A stretch of DNA of 64,000 nt from the human T2T-CHM13v2.0 reference genome, Homo sapiens. This document shows, piece after piece, positions 1 to 16,701 of this stretch; positions within the stretch are counted from its first letter, which is position 1, and each line of letters begins with the position of its first letter. The notes below the pieces were generated by a model. That model ran no database searches. It had not been told where the DNA came from and saw only the letters and a program-made list of their open reading frames with translations. A program made the translations under genes and the position numbers. The stretch lies in assembly GCF_009914755.1 (NCBI RefSeq), contig NC_060928.1; one strand, written 5' to 3'.

Positions 1-225
1 TCATGGCTTGCCTTGGCTAGGAAAGGGAAATCCTCTGGCCCCTTGCACTTCCCGGGTGAGGTGATGCCACGCCCTACTTCAGATCACCCTCCATGGGCTG
101 TGCCCACTGTGCAACCAGTTCCAATGAGATGAACCAGGTACCTCAGTTGGAAATGCAGAAATCGCCTGTCTTCTGTGTCGATCATGCTGGGAGCTGCAGA
201 ACAGAGCTGTTCCTATTCGTCCATC
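1..225 (-). mobile_element. 5' end (5'UTR) of a primate L1PA (about L1PA7-8) continuing left of the window
   Basis: Reverse complement begins AGATGGACGAATAGGAACAGCTCTG, the L1PA 5' terminus; the + strand ORF EMQKSPVFCVDHAGSCRTELFLF is typical of the antisense L1 5'UTR. Confidence 0.85.
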
Positions 226-775
226 TATTTCTCTACTTTTTTTTTTGTACTTTAAAGCAAATCTCTGATATCATGCCATTTCCACCATAAATACTCTGTA
301 TTGGTTTTATTTCACTTCTAACATAGATAAGAGAATTCAACATGCAGAATTTCCAAAATGATTTGTTCTAATGGTTGAGACTATTTACTCCATTTCTTGT
401 TTTCCTTTTTTGGGGAGATTATGTTAATGTTTGGGATGCTGATGAACTAAAATCTCAAACATGAAATTAGTTTACTATTCAATATAGTAAACTCATGTAA
501 AATAGACTGGATTAAATAAAAATGTACTGAATGTATTTAATGTGAAGACAGCGTGTTAAGTAGTTGTTAAGTAGGATTCAAAGATGTGAATAATGGTCTC
601 CACCTTCAAGGACTTGGTGCTTTACAAAGGAGACAAAATATTATAGTGTAAAGATATAAAAAACAATTAAGAAGCTGTATAAGTTCTCTATGTATTTCCA
701 AAAGAAATATCACAAAACAGACCATTATATAAAAACCTTCATATATGTTTCATCTTAATTTAAAAGATTATATTT

Positions 776-1081
776 GGCCAGGTGCAGTGGTTCACTTCTG
801 TAATCCCAGCACTTTGAAAGGCCAAGGCAGGAGGATTGCTTGGGGCCAGGAGTTCGAGACCAGCATAAGCAATGTAGTGAGACCCCATCTCTACAAAAAA
901 TTTAAAAATCAGCCATTTGTGGTGGTGCACCTGCAGTCCCAGTAGTCTCAGCTACTAGGGAGGGCGAGGGTGAAGTGGGAGGATCTTTTGAGCCTGGGAG
1001 GTCAAGGCTGCAGTGATGGTGCCACTGCACTTCAGCATGGATGACAGAATGAGACTCTGACTCAAAAAAAAAAAAAAAAAA
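776..1081 (+). mobile_element. Alu (AluJ-like)
   Basis: GGCCAGGTGCAGTGG start, dimeric body, poly(A) tail, degenerate TSD AAAGATT(A/C)TATTT. Confidence 0.9.
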
Positions 1082-1309
1082 GAGAGAAGAAAAGATTCTA
1101 TTTAAACTTAGGGAGAAATGAGATTTTTTTTGTGTGTTTTCTTATGTTTTGGTATATCCCTTGAAACAAATAACTAGCAGTTTTTGTTTTTAATCCTGAC
1201 AATCTTTGTCTTTTTTTTTGTTGTTGGTAAGAACCACAATTCTTTAATTCACTTATCAAATCGAGGCATTTGGAACAGTTTATTTACAGTTATTTAGTCA
1301 TTTTTGTGT

Positions 1310-2740
1310 GATTAAAAAAAGACAAGTTTCTTAGAGCAATTTTAGGTTCATAGGAAAATTATATGGAAAGCGTGGAGATTTTTCCATATGCCTCATGCCC
1401 CCACATACATACAGCACCCCCCACTATCAAAATTACTCACCAGAATGATACATTTGTTAAAATAAATGAACCTACATTGATACATCATTGTCACCCAAAG
1501 GCCATAGTTTACATTAGGGTTCACTTTTAGCTTTGTACAGTTTAGGAGTTTTGACAAATGTATAATTACATAGATCCCTCAGTGCGGTATCATACAGAAT
1601 ACTTTCTCTGCCCTAAACATCCCCTGTGCCTCACCTAATCATCGATTCCTCCTCCAAACCCCTGGCAACCACTAATGTTTTACTGTTTTCATTGTTTTGC
1701 ATTTTCCAGAATGTCAATTTTTGTCTTTTAAGGGTTTAATCTATTTTTACCATGATTTCTGAATGTATATTTATCTAATGTGATCATCTTACTTTTCTTT
1801 TTCATTTTCCACTTTTTCTAGGTATGTTTTTTCCTTTTTCTTTTTGATATTTTTTTCATTGATTAGGGTTTTTTTTTTCCCTTATGCCCCTCCTCCCCAC
1901 TCCTCTTTCTAGTTTGGAAATTATACTTTCAATATCTATTCTTTTAGTAGTTGGTTGTTTTTCTCTTAGCACATTGAAGATATTATTCTCCTGTCTTCTG
2001 CTGTTGAGAAGTCAGCTGTCAGTGTAATTGTTTTTCCTTGGAAAATAATCTGTCTTTTCTCTTTGGCAGCTCTTAAGATTTTTCTGTGTTTTGGTGTTCC
2101 GTAGTTTCACTGTGATATATCTGGATGCAGATTTTTTCCTCCATCTTGCTTGATAGTCTTCAGGCTTTATGAATCTGAAGAGTCATGTCTTTTATTATTT
2201 CTGGAAAATTCTCAACATTGTTTCTGCAAATATTGCTTCTTTCCCATTCTTTCTCTTTCTTTTTGACTCCAATTAGATATGTGTTGGACTTTCTTATTCT
2301 GTTTTCCATTGCTGTTAACCTCTTTCATATTTTCTGCCTCTATGTTTTGGGCTGCCCCTTGAACTAACTCTCTATTCAGCTTTGTCTAATTTGATTGTCT
2401 TTGAGTTTCTAATTTCAATTATTATAATTATCTTTTTATTTCTAGAACTCTATTTGATTTCTTTTCAAAATTTTCTGATTATTTATTTTAGTCTCATGTT
2501 CCCTAGTCATACTTTTGAATACCCTCTTTTATTTCTGTAAATATAATAAGCATACTTGTTTTATATTCTGATTCAGAGAGTTCCAACATCTGTCTCTTTG
2601 TGGGCTTGATTCTGCAGGGTGTTTTTTTCTTTGTTTCCTGCTCATGGAAACTTGTTTTCTTGTGTGTTTTGTGACTTATTTTTACTTTAAGCTCATGGTC
2701 CTTGGAACATTTTTAGGGGAAATTCTTGAAATCTGGGTTT
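1310..2740 (-). mobile_element. Ancient L1M fragments (3' end about 1310-1715; ORF1-region fragment about 1950-2740)
   Basis: Resembles the L1MC/MD 3'UTR (ACATTGATACATCATT...TTACATTAGGGTTCAC) and antisense ORF1 (GCTGTTGAGAAGTCAGCTGTCAG). Confidence 0.6.
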
Positions 2741-2873
2741 AAAGAGTGGTTGATGTACACATGTCACACATGAAAATTAACCGAAGAACTACACATTTCC
2801 CCTTTGCACAAAATCATTGGCCAATAAATTCAATAATTTTATAAACCTTGTTATTTTAAAACAAATTTAGGTG

Positions 2874-3797
<924 letters not shown>

Positions 3798-3854
3798 AAT
3801 TTATTTTATTTTATTTATTTTAAAAAAACCCAATTATTTCTTTTTTCTGTTTAG

Positions 3855-3934
3855 TTCTGTGGCTGCTTGTTGGTGTGGGATTGTTGGGATTAGGACTACG
3901 GCATAAAGCCTATGAGAGAAAACTGGGCAAAGTG
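3855..3934 (+). CDS. CWH43: CWH43 coding exon (probably exon 9): [27 protein letters not shown], hydrophobic segment
   Basis: ttttttctgtttag acceptor, GTG/gtaagt donor, 80 bp; phase joins the next exon. Confidence 0.93.
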
Positions 3935-4211
3935 GTAAGTAATTAAAAACCTTGAAATAGAATTTTATATGGTATATATATGTGCATATATTTGTACAAT
4001 TTACCATTCTGATTGAACCTGGATCTGATGACTTCAGAGCCCTGGGCCCTATCTCCTTAACCCTTATGTGCCAGACTGATAAGATAGTGGGATTATTTTA
4101 TGAAGTTGGGTTCTTGGAATAGGATAGGCCCATACACTAGAGGCAAATTGTTGATGATTTTGTTTTATGGAGTTATTTCTGCCATTCATGATTTAACATA
4201 TCTGAACTATG

Positions 4212-4986
<775 letters not shown>

Positions 4987-5649
4987 CTATGAAATAAGCA
5001 ACTGTTTTATATTGGATTTTCTGTACTTCTTGGTAGATATTGCTGAATACAGCAATGTGAGATTCTTTAGGAAAACTCTTACAGATAATTCTTGATTTTG
5101 CACATTATGGGTAGCTTATGCCTTGACAGGTAGTAAAACTTTTCTTGTCTCTTTCTTTCCTCTCTTGCTATCTGCAGTTTTAAATGTTTTAATATCCTTT
5201 TCTCTTTTAGAACAGTGGGCAGAAATAAGAATAAGTAATTGAATGTTGTGCTTTCTATCTGATCTGATAAAAAATCTAGTGTGTTTCATAATGCAGTCAG
5301 AGTTACAGTTTTGGTTAAAATAGAAATTGTTGAGGGTTGACTTTGAATTTTAGCAATCTGTACTAGCGGGAACATTTTTCATTTTGAATAAAAAGCTACA
5401 CTGAGAACACAGACCATGCTTCTCTTCTTGGTCTTTGTACTTCCAGTAACTTACAGAGTGCTTGCCAGGTATTCAGAACTAAGTAACTATTTCTTAATAA
5501 GTAGATAATAGTAGACCATCATTACATGCTCCTTTAACTGTCGGTCATTATTATTGCAACATAATGTCCATCAGAAAAGGATACCTAATGTCATCCAGGA
5601 ATTCTTTTTGGAAGGAGTTATTTGAATTGGATTTAATACCTGTTCTTTT

Positions 5650-6486
<837 letters not shown>

Positions 6487-6987
6487 TTGTCAATTGTTTT
6501 TGGGCAGGTGGTTTTTGGTTATGTGGATAAGTTCTTTAGAGGTGATTTCTGAGATTTTAGTGCACCCGTCACCCAAGCAGTGTACACTGCACCCAATATG
6601 TAGTCTTATTTTGTGATCACGTTTTTTTCAATAGGTTTTTGGGGAATGGGTGCTGTTTGGTTACGTGAATATGTTATTTAGTGGTGATTTCTGAGATTTT
6701 GGTGCAGTCATCACCTGAGCAGTTTAACTGTACCCAATTTGTAGTCTTTTATTCCTCACTCCCTCCCACCCTTTAATAAGCAACTGAGTCTCCTGAGTCT
6801 CCAAAGTTCATTGTATCATTCTTACACCTTTGCATCCTCATAGCTTAGCTCCCACTTACGTGCAAGAATATATAATATTTGGTTTTCCATTCCCGAGTCA
6901 CTTCACTTAGAGTAATGGTCTCCAATTCCATCCAGGTTGTTGCAAATGCCATTATTTTATTCATTTTTTATGGCTGAATAGTATTCC

Positions 6988-6990
<3 letters not shown>

Positions 6991-7032
<42 letters not shown>
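6991..7032. repeat. (CA)n(TA)n microsatellite in the L1PB 3'UTR
   Basis: Directly visible. Confidence 0.95.
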
Positions 7033-7033
<1 letters not shown>

Positions 7034-9980
7034 AATCATATTTTCTTTATCCACTTGTTGATTGATGGGCATTTGGGCTGGTACTATATTTTTGAAATGT
7101 CAAATTGTGCTGCTGTAAACATGTATGTGTGAGTATCTTTTTCATATAATGACTTCTCTTCCTCTGGGTAGATACCCAGGAGTGTGATTGCTGGATCAAA
7201 TTGTAGATCTATTTTTAGTTCTTTAAGGAATCTCCACACTGTTTTCCACAGTGGTTGTACTAGTTTACCTTCCCACAGACAGTGTAAAAGTGTTCCTTTT
7301 CACTACATCCATGCCAACATTTATTAGTTTTTGATTTTTTGATTATGGCCATTCTTGCAGGAGTAAGGTAGTATCACATTGTGGTTTTGATCAGGCATTT
7401 CCCTGATCATTAGTGATGTTGAGCATTTTTCCATATGTTTTTTGGCCATTTGTGTATCTTCTTTTGAGAATTGTCTATTCATGTCCTTAGCTCACTTTTT
7501 GATGGGATTTTTTTTTTCTTGCTGATTTGTTTGAATTCCTTGTAGCTTCTGGATATTAGTCCTTTGTCAGATGTATAGATAGCAAAGATTTCCCCCTACT
7601 TTGTGAGTTGTCTGTTTAGTCTGCTGATTATTTCTTTTGCTGTGCAGAAGTTTTTAGTTTAATTAAGCTCCATCTATTTATCTTTGGTTTTGTTGCATTT
7701 GTTTTTGGGTTCTTGGTCATGAAGGCTTTGCCTAAGCCAATTTTAAAAGAGTTTTTCCAATGTCGTATTCTAGAATTTTTATGGTTTCAGGTGTTAGATC
7801 TAAGTCTTTGATCCATCTTGAGTTGATTTTTGTATAAGGTGAGAGATGAGGATCCAGTTTTATTCTTCTACATGTGGCTTGTCAATTATCTTAGCACTAT
7901 TTGTTGAATAGAATGTCCTTTTCCACTTTATGTTTTTGTTTGCTATGTCAAAGATCAGTTGACTGTAATCATTTGGCTTATTTCTGGGTTCTCTACTCTG
8001 TTCCATTGGTCTATATGCCTTTTTTTATACCAGTACCATGCTGTTTTTGTGACTAGGGCTTTATAGTGTATTTTGAAGTTGGATAATGTAATGCCTTTGA
8101 TTTATTATTTTTACTTAGTCTTGCTTTGGCTATGCAGACTCTTTTTTTGTTCCATATGAATTTTAGGATTTTTTTCCAGTTCTGTGAAGAATGATGGTGG
8201 TATTTTAATGGGAATTGCATTGAATTTGTAGATTGCTTTTGGCAGTAGGGTTATTTTCACAATATTGATTCTACCCATCCATGAGCATGGATATGTTTGC
8301 ATTTGTTTGTGTCATCTAAGATTTCTTTCAGCAGTGTTTTGTAATTTTCCTTGTAGAGGTCTTTCACCTCCTTGGTTAAGTATATTCCTAAATATTTTAT
8401 TTTATTTATTTTTTCAGCTATTGTAAAAGGGGTTGAATTCTTGATTTGATTATCACTGATCACAGTTGGTGTATAGCAGGGCTATTAATTTGTGTACACT
8501 AATTTTGTATCTTGAAACTTTGCTGAATTCATTTACCAGTTCTAGGAGCTTTTTGGTGGAGTCTTTGGGGTTTTCCAGGTATACCATTATGTCATCTGCA
8601 AACAGCGACAATTTGACTTCCTCTTTATCAGTTTGATACCCTTTATTTTTTTCTCTTGTTCAATGTGCTGGCTAGAACTTTCAGTACTATGTTGAATATA
8701 ATGGTGAAAGTGGGCATCCTTGTCTTGTTCCAGGTCTCAGGGGAATGCCTTCAACTTTTCCCTATTCAGTATAATGTTGGCCGTGGGTTTATAATAAATG
8801 GCTTTTATTACCTTAAGGTGTGACCTTTCTATGCCGATTTTGCTGAGGGTTTTAATCATAAAGCGACGCTGGATATTGTCAACTGCTTTTTCTGTGTCTA
8901 TTGAGATGATCATGTGATTTTTGTTTTAAATTCTGTTTATGTGGTGTATCACATTTATTGACTTACTGATGTTAAACCATCCCTGCATCCCTGATATGAA
9001 ACCCACTTGATCATGGTGGATTATCTTTTTGATATGCTGGTGGATTCAGTTTGCTAGTATTATGTTGAGGATTTTTGCATCTATATTCATCAGAGATATT
9101 GGTCTGTAGTTTTCTTTTTTGTTACATCCTTTGCTAGTTTTGGTATTAGGGTGATACTGGCTTCATAGAATGATTTAGAAAGGATCCCCTCTTTCTCTAT
9201 CTTTTGGAATAGTGTCAGTAGGATTGGTACCAATTCTTCTTTGAATGTCTGATAGAATTCAGCTGTGAATCTGTCTGTTCCTGGACTTTTTTTTGTTAGC
9301 AATTTTAAATTGCCATTTCAATCTGGCTGCTTTTCATTGGTTTGTTCAGAGTTTCTATTTTTTCCTGGTTTAATCTAGGAGGGCTATATATTTCCAGAAA
9401 TTTATCCATCTCCTCTAGGTTTTCTAGTTTATGTATATAAAGATGTTCATGGTAGCATTGAATGATCTTTTGCATTTCTGTGGTATCCGTTGTAGTATTG
9501 TCTGTTTTGTTTCTAATTGAACTTATTCTTTACTTGGGTTATCTCACTAATAGTCTATCAATTTTATATGTCTTTTCAAAGAGACAGCTTTTTGTTTCAT
9601 TTATCTTTTGTATTTTTGTTTGTTTGTTTCAATATCATTTAATTCTGCTCTGATTTTTATTATTTCTTTTCTTGTGCTGGGTTTGGGTTTGGTTTGTTCT
9701 TGTTTCTCTAGTTCCTTGAGTTGTGACCTTAGGTTCTCTATTTGTGCTGTTTCAAACTTTTTGATACAGGCATTTAATGCTGTGAACTTTCTTCTTAGTA
9801 CTGCCTTTGTTGTATCCCAGAGGTTTTGATAGGTTGTGTCACTATTATCATTCAGTTCAAAGAATTTTTAAATTTCCATCTGATTTCATTGTGGACACAA
9901 TGATCATTCAAGAGCAGGTTATTTAATTTCTATATATTTGCATGGTTTTGAAGGTTCCTTTTGAAGTTGATTTCCAATTT

Positions 9981-10278
<298 letters not shown>

Positions 10279-13200
10279 TTGATTTCTAATTTTATTCCAT
10301 TGTGGTCCGAGAGATAGTACTTGCTATAATTTCATTTTCTTAAATTTGTTGACACTTGTTTTATGGCCTATCATATGGTCTATCTTGGAGAATGGTGCAT
10401 GTGCTGATGAATAGAATGTATATTCTGCAGTTGTTGGGTAGAATGTTCTGTAAATATCTGTTAAGTCCATTTGTTCTAGGGTATTGTTTAAGTGTTTCTT
10501 TGTTGACTTTCTATCTTGATGACCTCTCTAGTGCTGTCAGTGCAGTACTGGAGTCCCCACTGTTACTGTGCTGCTATCTATCTCATTTCTTAGGTCTAAT
10601 AGTAATTGTTTTATAAATTTGGGGGTTCCAGTGTTAGGTGCATATATATTTAGGGTTGTGATATTTTCCTGTTGGACTAGTCCTTTTATCGTTATGTAAT
10701 GTCCTTCTTTGTCTTTTTTAACTGCTGTTGTTTTAAAGTTTGTTTTGTCTGATATAAAAATAGCAACTCCTGCTCACTTTTGGTGTCCATTTGCATGGAA
10801 TATCTTTTCCACCCCTTTACCTTAAGTTTAGGTGAGTCCTTAGGTGTCAGATGAGTCTTTTGAAGACAGCAGGAACTTGGTTGGTAAATTCTTACCAGTT
10901 CTGCATTCTATATCTTTTAAATGGAGCATTTAGGACATTTACATTTAATGTTAGTATTGAGACGTGAGGTACTATTCTATTCATTGTGCAATTTGTTGCC
11001 TGAATACCTTGGGTTTTCTTTCATTTTGTTGTTGTTTTTTTAAGGTTCTGTGAGATTTATGCTTTATGGAGATTCTATTTTGGTGTATTTCAAGTATTTG
11101 TTTCAAGATTTAGAGCTCCTTTTAGCAGTTCTTGTAGTGCTGGCTTGGTAGTGGCAAATTCTCTTAGCATTTGTTTGTCTGTTAATGACTGTATCTTTCC
11201 TTCATTTATGAAAGCTTAGTCTTGCTGGCTACAAAATTCTTGGCTGATAATTTTTTGGTTTAAGGAGGCTAAAGATAGGACCCTAATCTATTCTAGCTTG
11301 TAGGGTTTTTGCTGAGATATCTGCTGTTAATCTGATAGGTTTTTCTTTATAGGTTACCTGATATTTTTGCCTCATACCTCTTAAGATTCTTTTTTTTTGT
11401 CTTGATTTTAGATAACCTGATGACTATGTGCCTAGGTAGTGATCTTTTTGCAATGTATTTCCCAAGTGTTTTTTGAGCTTCTTGTATTTGGTTGTCTAGA
11501 TCTCTAGCAAGGCTAGGGAAGTTCTCCTCAATTATTCCCTCAAATCTGTTTCCAAACTTTTAGATTTTTCTTCTTCCTTGGGAATACTAATTATTCATAG
11601 GTTTGGTCATTTAACATAATCCTGAACTTCTTGGAGGCTTTGTTTATCTTTTAAATTTTTTTTCCTTTGTCTTTGTCAGATTGGGTTAATTCAAAAGCCT
11701 TGTCTTCAACCTTTGAAGTTTTTTCTTCTATTTGTTCAATTCTATTGCTGAGATTTTCCAGTGCATTTTGCCCTTCTCTAAGCGTGTCCATTTCTAGAAG
11801 TTGTGATTGTTTTTTATTTATCCTACCTATTTCACTGGAGATTTTTCCATTCATATCCTGTATCATTTTTTTTTTTATTTCTTTAAGTCTGACTTTACCT
11901 TTTTCTGGTGCCTCCTTGATTGGCTTAATAGTCAACCTTCTGAATTCTTTTTCTGGCAATTCAGTGATTTCATCTTGGTTTGGATCCATTGCTGGTGAGC
12001 TAGTGTGATCTTTTGGGGGTGTTAAAGATCCTTGTTTTGCCATATTAATAGAATTGTGTTTCTGGTTCCTTCTCATTTGTGTAGACTATGTCAGAGGGAA
12101 GATCTGGGACTCAAGTGCTGCTCTTCAGATTCTTTTCTCCCATAGGGTGCTCCCCTGATGTGGTGCTCTCCCCTTTTCCCCAGGGATGGGACTTTCTGAG
12201 AGCTGAACTGCAGTGATTATTTCTTTTCTGGATCTAGCTACCCAGCAGAGCTACTGGGCTCTGGGCTGGTACTTGGGAGTATCTGCAAAAAATCCTATGA
12301 TGTGATCCATCTTCAAATCTCTTGGCCATGGATACCAGCACTTGCTCCAGTCGAGGTAGCAGAGGAGTGAAGCATACTCTGAGAGGGTCATTGGTTGTAT
12401 TTTTGTTAAGTGTGCTGGTTTTGTTGGCCTCCAGCCAGGGTGTGGCACTTTCAAGAGCACATCAGCTGTGGTAGTATAGGCAGGATCAGGTGGTGGGTGG
12501 GGCCATGGAACTCCCCCAAAATTATGTCCTTTTTCTTCAGCTACCAGGGCCAGTAGAGAAAGACCATCAGGTAGGGGCAGGGTTAGGTGTGTCTGAGCTC
12601 AGACTCTCGTTGGGCTGGGCCGGCTGTAGCTGCTGTGGGAGATGGGTGTGTGGATCCTAGGCCAATGGAGTTATGTTTCCAGGAGAATTATTGCTGCCTC
12701 TGCTGTCTCACACAGGTTTCCAGAGAAGTGGGAGAAAGCCGGCAGCCACAGGCCTCACCCAGCTCTCATGCAACCCACAGCATGAAAGGCTGGTCTCACT
12801 CCAACCGTGCCCCCACAACAGCACTGAGTTTATGCCCAGGCAGCCGGTGAGCAGGGCTAGGAACTTGCCCCAGGCTACAAGCCTCCCAGCTGAGAAAGCA
12901 AGCCAACTCATAGTTCCTTGGCTGTCCCATGGACCCTGCAGCAACAATACACTTCCTTCAAAGGGTCTGTGGATTCCCTTGGCTTTCTTGGCATGTTCCT
13001 GTGGTAGTTCTTGGAGCAAAAGTTCATGGTGTGGGTCTCCGTGTGCTGCTCTCTCTGTTGAAGTGGGAGCTGCAAGTTAGTTTTGCCTCCTATTTGTCAT
13101 TTTCCTGCCATCCCCAATATGTAGTCTTTTATCCTTTACCCCCTCCCACCCATCCCTCCAAGTCCCCAAAGTTCATTGTATAACTCATGCCTTTGCATCC

Positions 13201-14149
13201 TCATAGCTTAGCTCCCACTTACAAGTAAGAACATACGATATTTGGTTTTCCATTCCTGAGTTACTTCACTTAGAATAACGGCATTCAGACCCATCCAAGT
13301 TGCTGCAAAAGACATTATTTTGTTCCTTTTCATGGCTGAGTAGTATCCCATGGTGTACATATATACTACATTTTCTTTATCCAGTCATTGGTCGATGGGC
13401 ACTTAAGTTGGTTCCATATCTTTGCAATTGTGAATTGTGCTGCTGTAAACATGTGTGTCCAAGTGTCTTCTTAACATAATGCCTTCTTTCCTTTTGGGTA
13501 GATCCCCAGTAGTGGGATTGCTGGATCAAATGGTAGTTCTCCTTTTAGTTCTTTAAGGAATCTCTAAACTGTTTTCCATTGTGATTGTACCAATTTACAT
13601 TCTCATGCTGATTTTATTTTACTTGCAATGGAAGCCACTCTAGTGCCTCAAGCAGGAGAGTGAAGAAAAATGATATATGTCAATTTGGCTGCTCTGTGAA
13701 AAATGGATTATAAGGGGATGAGAACGGATGCAAGGAGATAAGTTCTGAGGCTTCTTCAGCTGTCTCATAGAGAGATGATGGTGATCTTTGCTGGTGTAAT
13801 GGAAGTAGAGTTGGAGATAAATGGATAGACTTAGAATATATTTTGAAAGTAGAACCGATAGGATTGGCTGAGAGGGTAGATGTTGTTGGGTGAGGAGAAG
13901 GAAGGAATCAAGGAGACTTCTATGTTTTTGGTTTGAGCAACTGGATGAAGGGAGGTGGCATTTCCTGAGAAGAATGAAGGAATAACATATTTTGGAGTGA
14001 TGACATCTAGAATTAATTACAGATGAATAGTTGTAAGAAAAAGGATAGCATGATAAATATAATATGTCTCTTGAAATCTCTGTTGATGGTTCTCCTTTCT
14101 TTACCAGGCAGTCATTAGATTTTTTTCTGTTTTTACCGTTTTAAAAATT

Positions 14150-14450
14150 ATTTAAATTTTTTTGTCAGTACATAGTAGGTGTATATATTTTTAGGGTGCA
14201 TGGGATGTTTTGATAAAGGCATGCAATGTGAAATAAGCATATTTTGGAGAATGGGATATCCATCCCCTCAAGCATTTATCCCTTGGGTTACAAACAATTC
14301 AATTACATTCTTTATTTTAAAATATACGATTAAGTTATTATTGACTATAGTCACCTTATTGTACTATCAAATAGTAGGTCTTATTCTTCTGATTTTTTTT
14401 GACCCATTAACCATTGCCACCTCCCTCCCTGAGTTCCCCACTACCCTAGT
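14150..14450 (-). mobile_element. L1MA 3' end fragment
   Basis: GTACATAGTAGGTGTATATATT...CCATCCCCTCAAGCATTTATCC resembles the L1MA1-3 3'UTR. Confidence 0.7.
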
Positions 14451-15232
14451 AGGTAATCATTTGAGATGGATACTTAGGGTTGGGCAGCGCATTATCTGAC
14501 TCACTCACGACCTAAGAGAGGACCTTGTAAAGGGGGCTGTGCTCCTGGGCCTTGACCTTTCCAGTACAGCAAGGGTGTTACATCATTCATAACTAGGTTA
14601 AAATAGGCTGACCACTTCTTCAATATGTTGAAGGCCCCTCTGTATCCCTCTGTGTGATTTATTTCCCATGCAAGAGTAAACACTATCCTGAGTATTGTGA
14701 CTTTTTTTAGCACTTTCATGAATTCCTTTTTATTGTTACTATATATGACAGATCCCTAGACAATATTTTTTTCTATATGACATCTGATGTATCTATTTTG
14801 CAACATACTTTTTTTTTAAATTTAAAATCATCTTTCTGAGATTCCTCCTTGTGGACCTATGTAGCCCTAATTCATTTATTAGGGCTGTGTAGTGTTCCAT
14901 TCCACATAGCACCATTTGTTTATTCATTTTCCTGTTGATGGACAGCCAGGCTGTTTCTAACTTTTTACTGTTATAAGCAGTGCTTATTACAAAACTCACT
15001 TTTCAAACATCCCTCCTAACTTCCAAACTTAAGCTAGAAGTTCACAGAAGACTAATTTGAGAATGCCATATAGCAAATATCTCCTTATTTTCATGGATTA
15101 AATGTGGGAAAATGTCTAAGGAAATTCCTTTGCTGAAATAAGAAATTTGGTAGAGAGGAGTGGAGAAAAGTGGGTCACTGAAACTGCCATTGTTCACAGT
15201 CATCCTAAACTACCATTAAAACAATTCCTCAG

Positions 15233-15338
15233 GCACCAACCAAAGAGGTCTCTGCTGCCATCTGGCCTTTCAGGTTTGGATATGACAATGAAGGGTGGTC
15301 TAGTCTAGAAAGATCAGCTCACCTGCTCAATGAAACAG
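15233..15338 (+). CDS. CWH43: CWH43 coding exon (probably 10): [36 protein letters not shown]
   Basis: ctcag acceptor, CAG/gtaagt donor, 106 bp, phases consistent. Confidence 0.95.
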
Positions 15339-15705
15339 GTAAGTCTTCCTGGAATTAGTTCCAGGTTTTGAGAAACTATTATTGTTACTTTTATTTTCAG
15401 CAGGGTCATAAGCCATAACTTAATGCAGGTATTAGATTAAATTTATGACCAGCAGATGATCATAAACTCACCTCAAAAATGCTTTACTTTGGCACGCAGC
15501 TGCAGGGGGACTGAGCTTCTGTAACCACTCCTGTCTTTGTTTGAGAGCAATTAATTCAGTTGATTCTGAGCAACTCCTCATACTGAGTATCTTTAGGGGA
15601 TTCATGTTGTGTTTTTGTTCTTAGGGATGCCTCTGCTAGTAGCTTCTGTCACCTGGGGACCCACTGTTGGGGACCAGAAGACTTGGATCAAAAGGCAGAA
15701 TGGGT

Positions 15706-16701
15706 TGTAGGGAAAAGAAAGAGAGATCAGACTGTTACTGTGTCTATGTAGAAAAGGAAGACATAAGAAATTCCATTTTGATCTGTACTAAGAAAATTGT
15801 TTTGCCTTGAGATGCTGTTAATCTGTAACTTTAGCCCTAATCCTGTGCTCACAGAAACATGTGCTGTATGGAATCAAGGTTTAAGGGATCTAGGGCTGTG
15901 CAGGATGTGCCTTGTTAACAATATGTTTACAGGCATTATGCTTGGTAAAAGTCATCGCCATTCTCCATTCTCGATTAACCAGGGGCACAATGCACTGCGG
16001 AAAGCCACAGGGGCCTCTGCCCAAGAAAGCTTGGGTATTGTCCAAGGTTTCCCCCCACTGAGACTGCCTGAGATATGGCCTCATGAGAAGGGAAAGACCT
16101 GACTGTCCCCCAGCCCGGCACCCGTAAAGGGTCTGTGCTGAGGAGGATTAGTAAAAGAGGAAGGCCTCTTGCAGTTGAGATAAGAGGAAGGCCTCCATCT
16201 CCTGCATGTCCCTGGGAATGGAATGTCTTGGTGTAAAATCCAATTATACATTTGTTCTATTCTGAGATAGGAGAAAACCGCCCTGTGGCTGGAGGTGAGA
16301 TATGCTGGCAGCAATGCTGCTCAGTTACTCTTTGCTACACTGAGATGTTTGGGTGGAGAGAAGCATAAATCTGGCCTACTTACACATCCGGGCACAGTAA
16401 CTTCCCTTGAACTTATTTGTAACACAGATTCCTTTGCTCACGTTTTCCTGCCGACCTTCTCCCCACTATCACCTTGTTCTCCTGCTGCATTCCCCTTGCT
16501 GAGATAGTGAAAATAGTAATCAATAAATACAGAGGGAACTCAGTGACTGGGGCCAGTGCAGGTCCTCTGTATGCTGAGCACCGGTCCCCTGGGCCCACTG
16601 TTCTTTCTCTATACTTTGTCTCTGTGTCTCATTTTTTTTCTCAGTCTCTCATCCCACCTGACAAGAAATACCCACAGGTGTGGAGGGGCTGGCCCCCTTC
16701 A
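15706..16701 (+). mobile_element. HERV-K(HML-2) solo LTR, LTR5A-like
   Basis: TGTAGGGAAAAGAAAGAGAGATCAGACTGTTACTG start, GGGGCTGGCCCCCTTCA end, 996 bp, TSD TGGGT on both sides, AATAAA at 16522. Confidence 0.92.
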
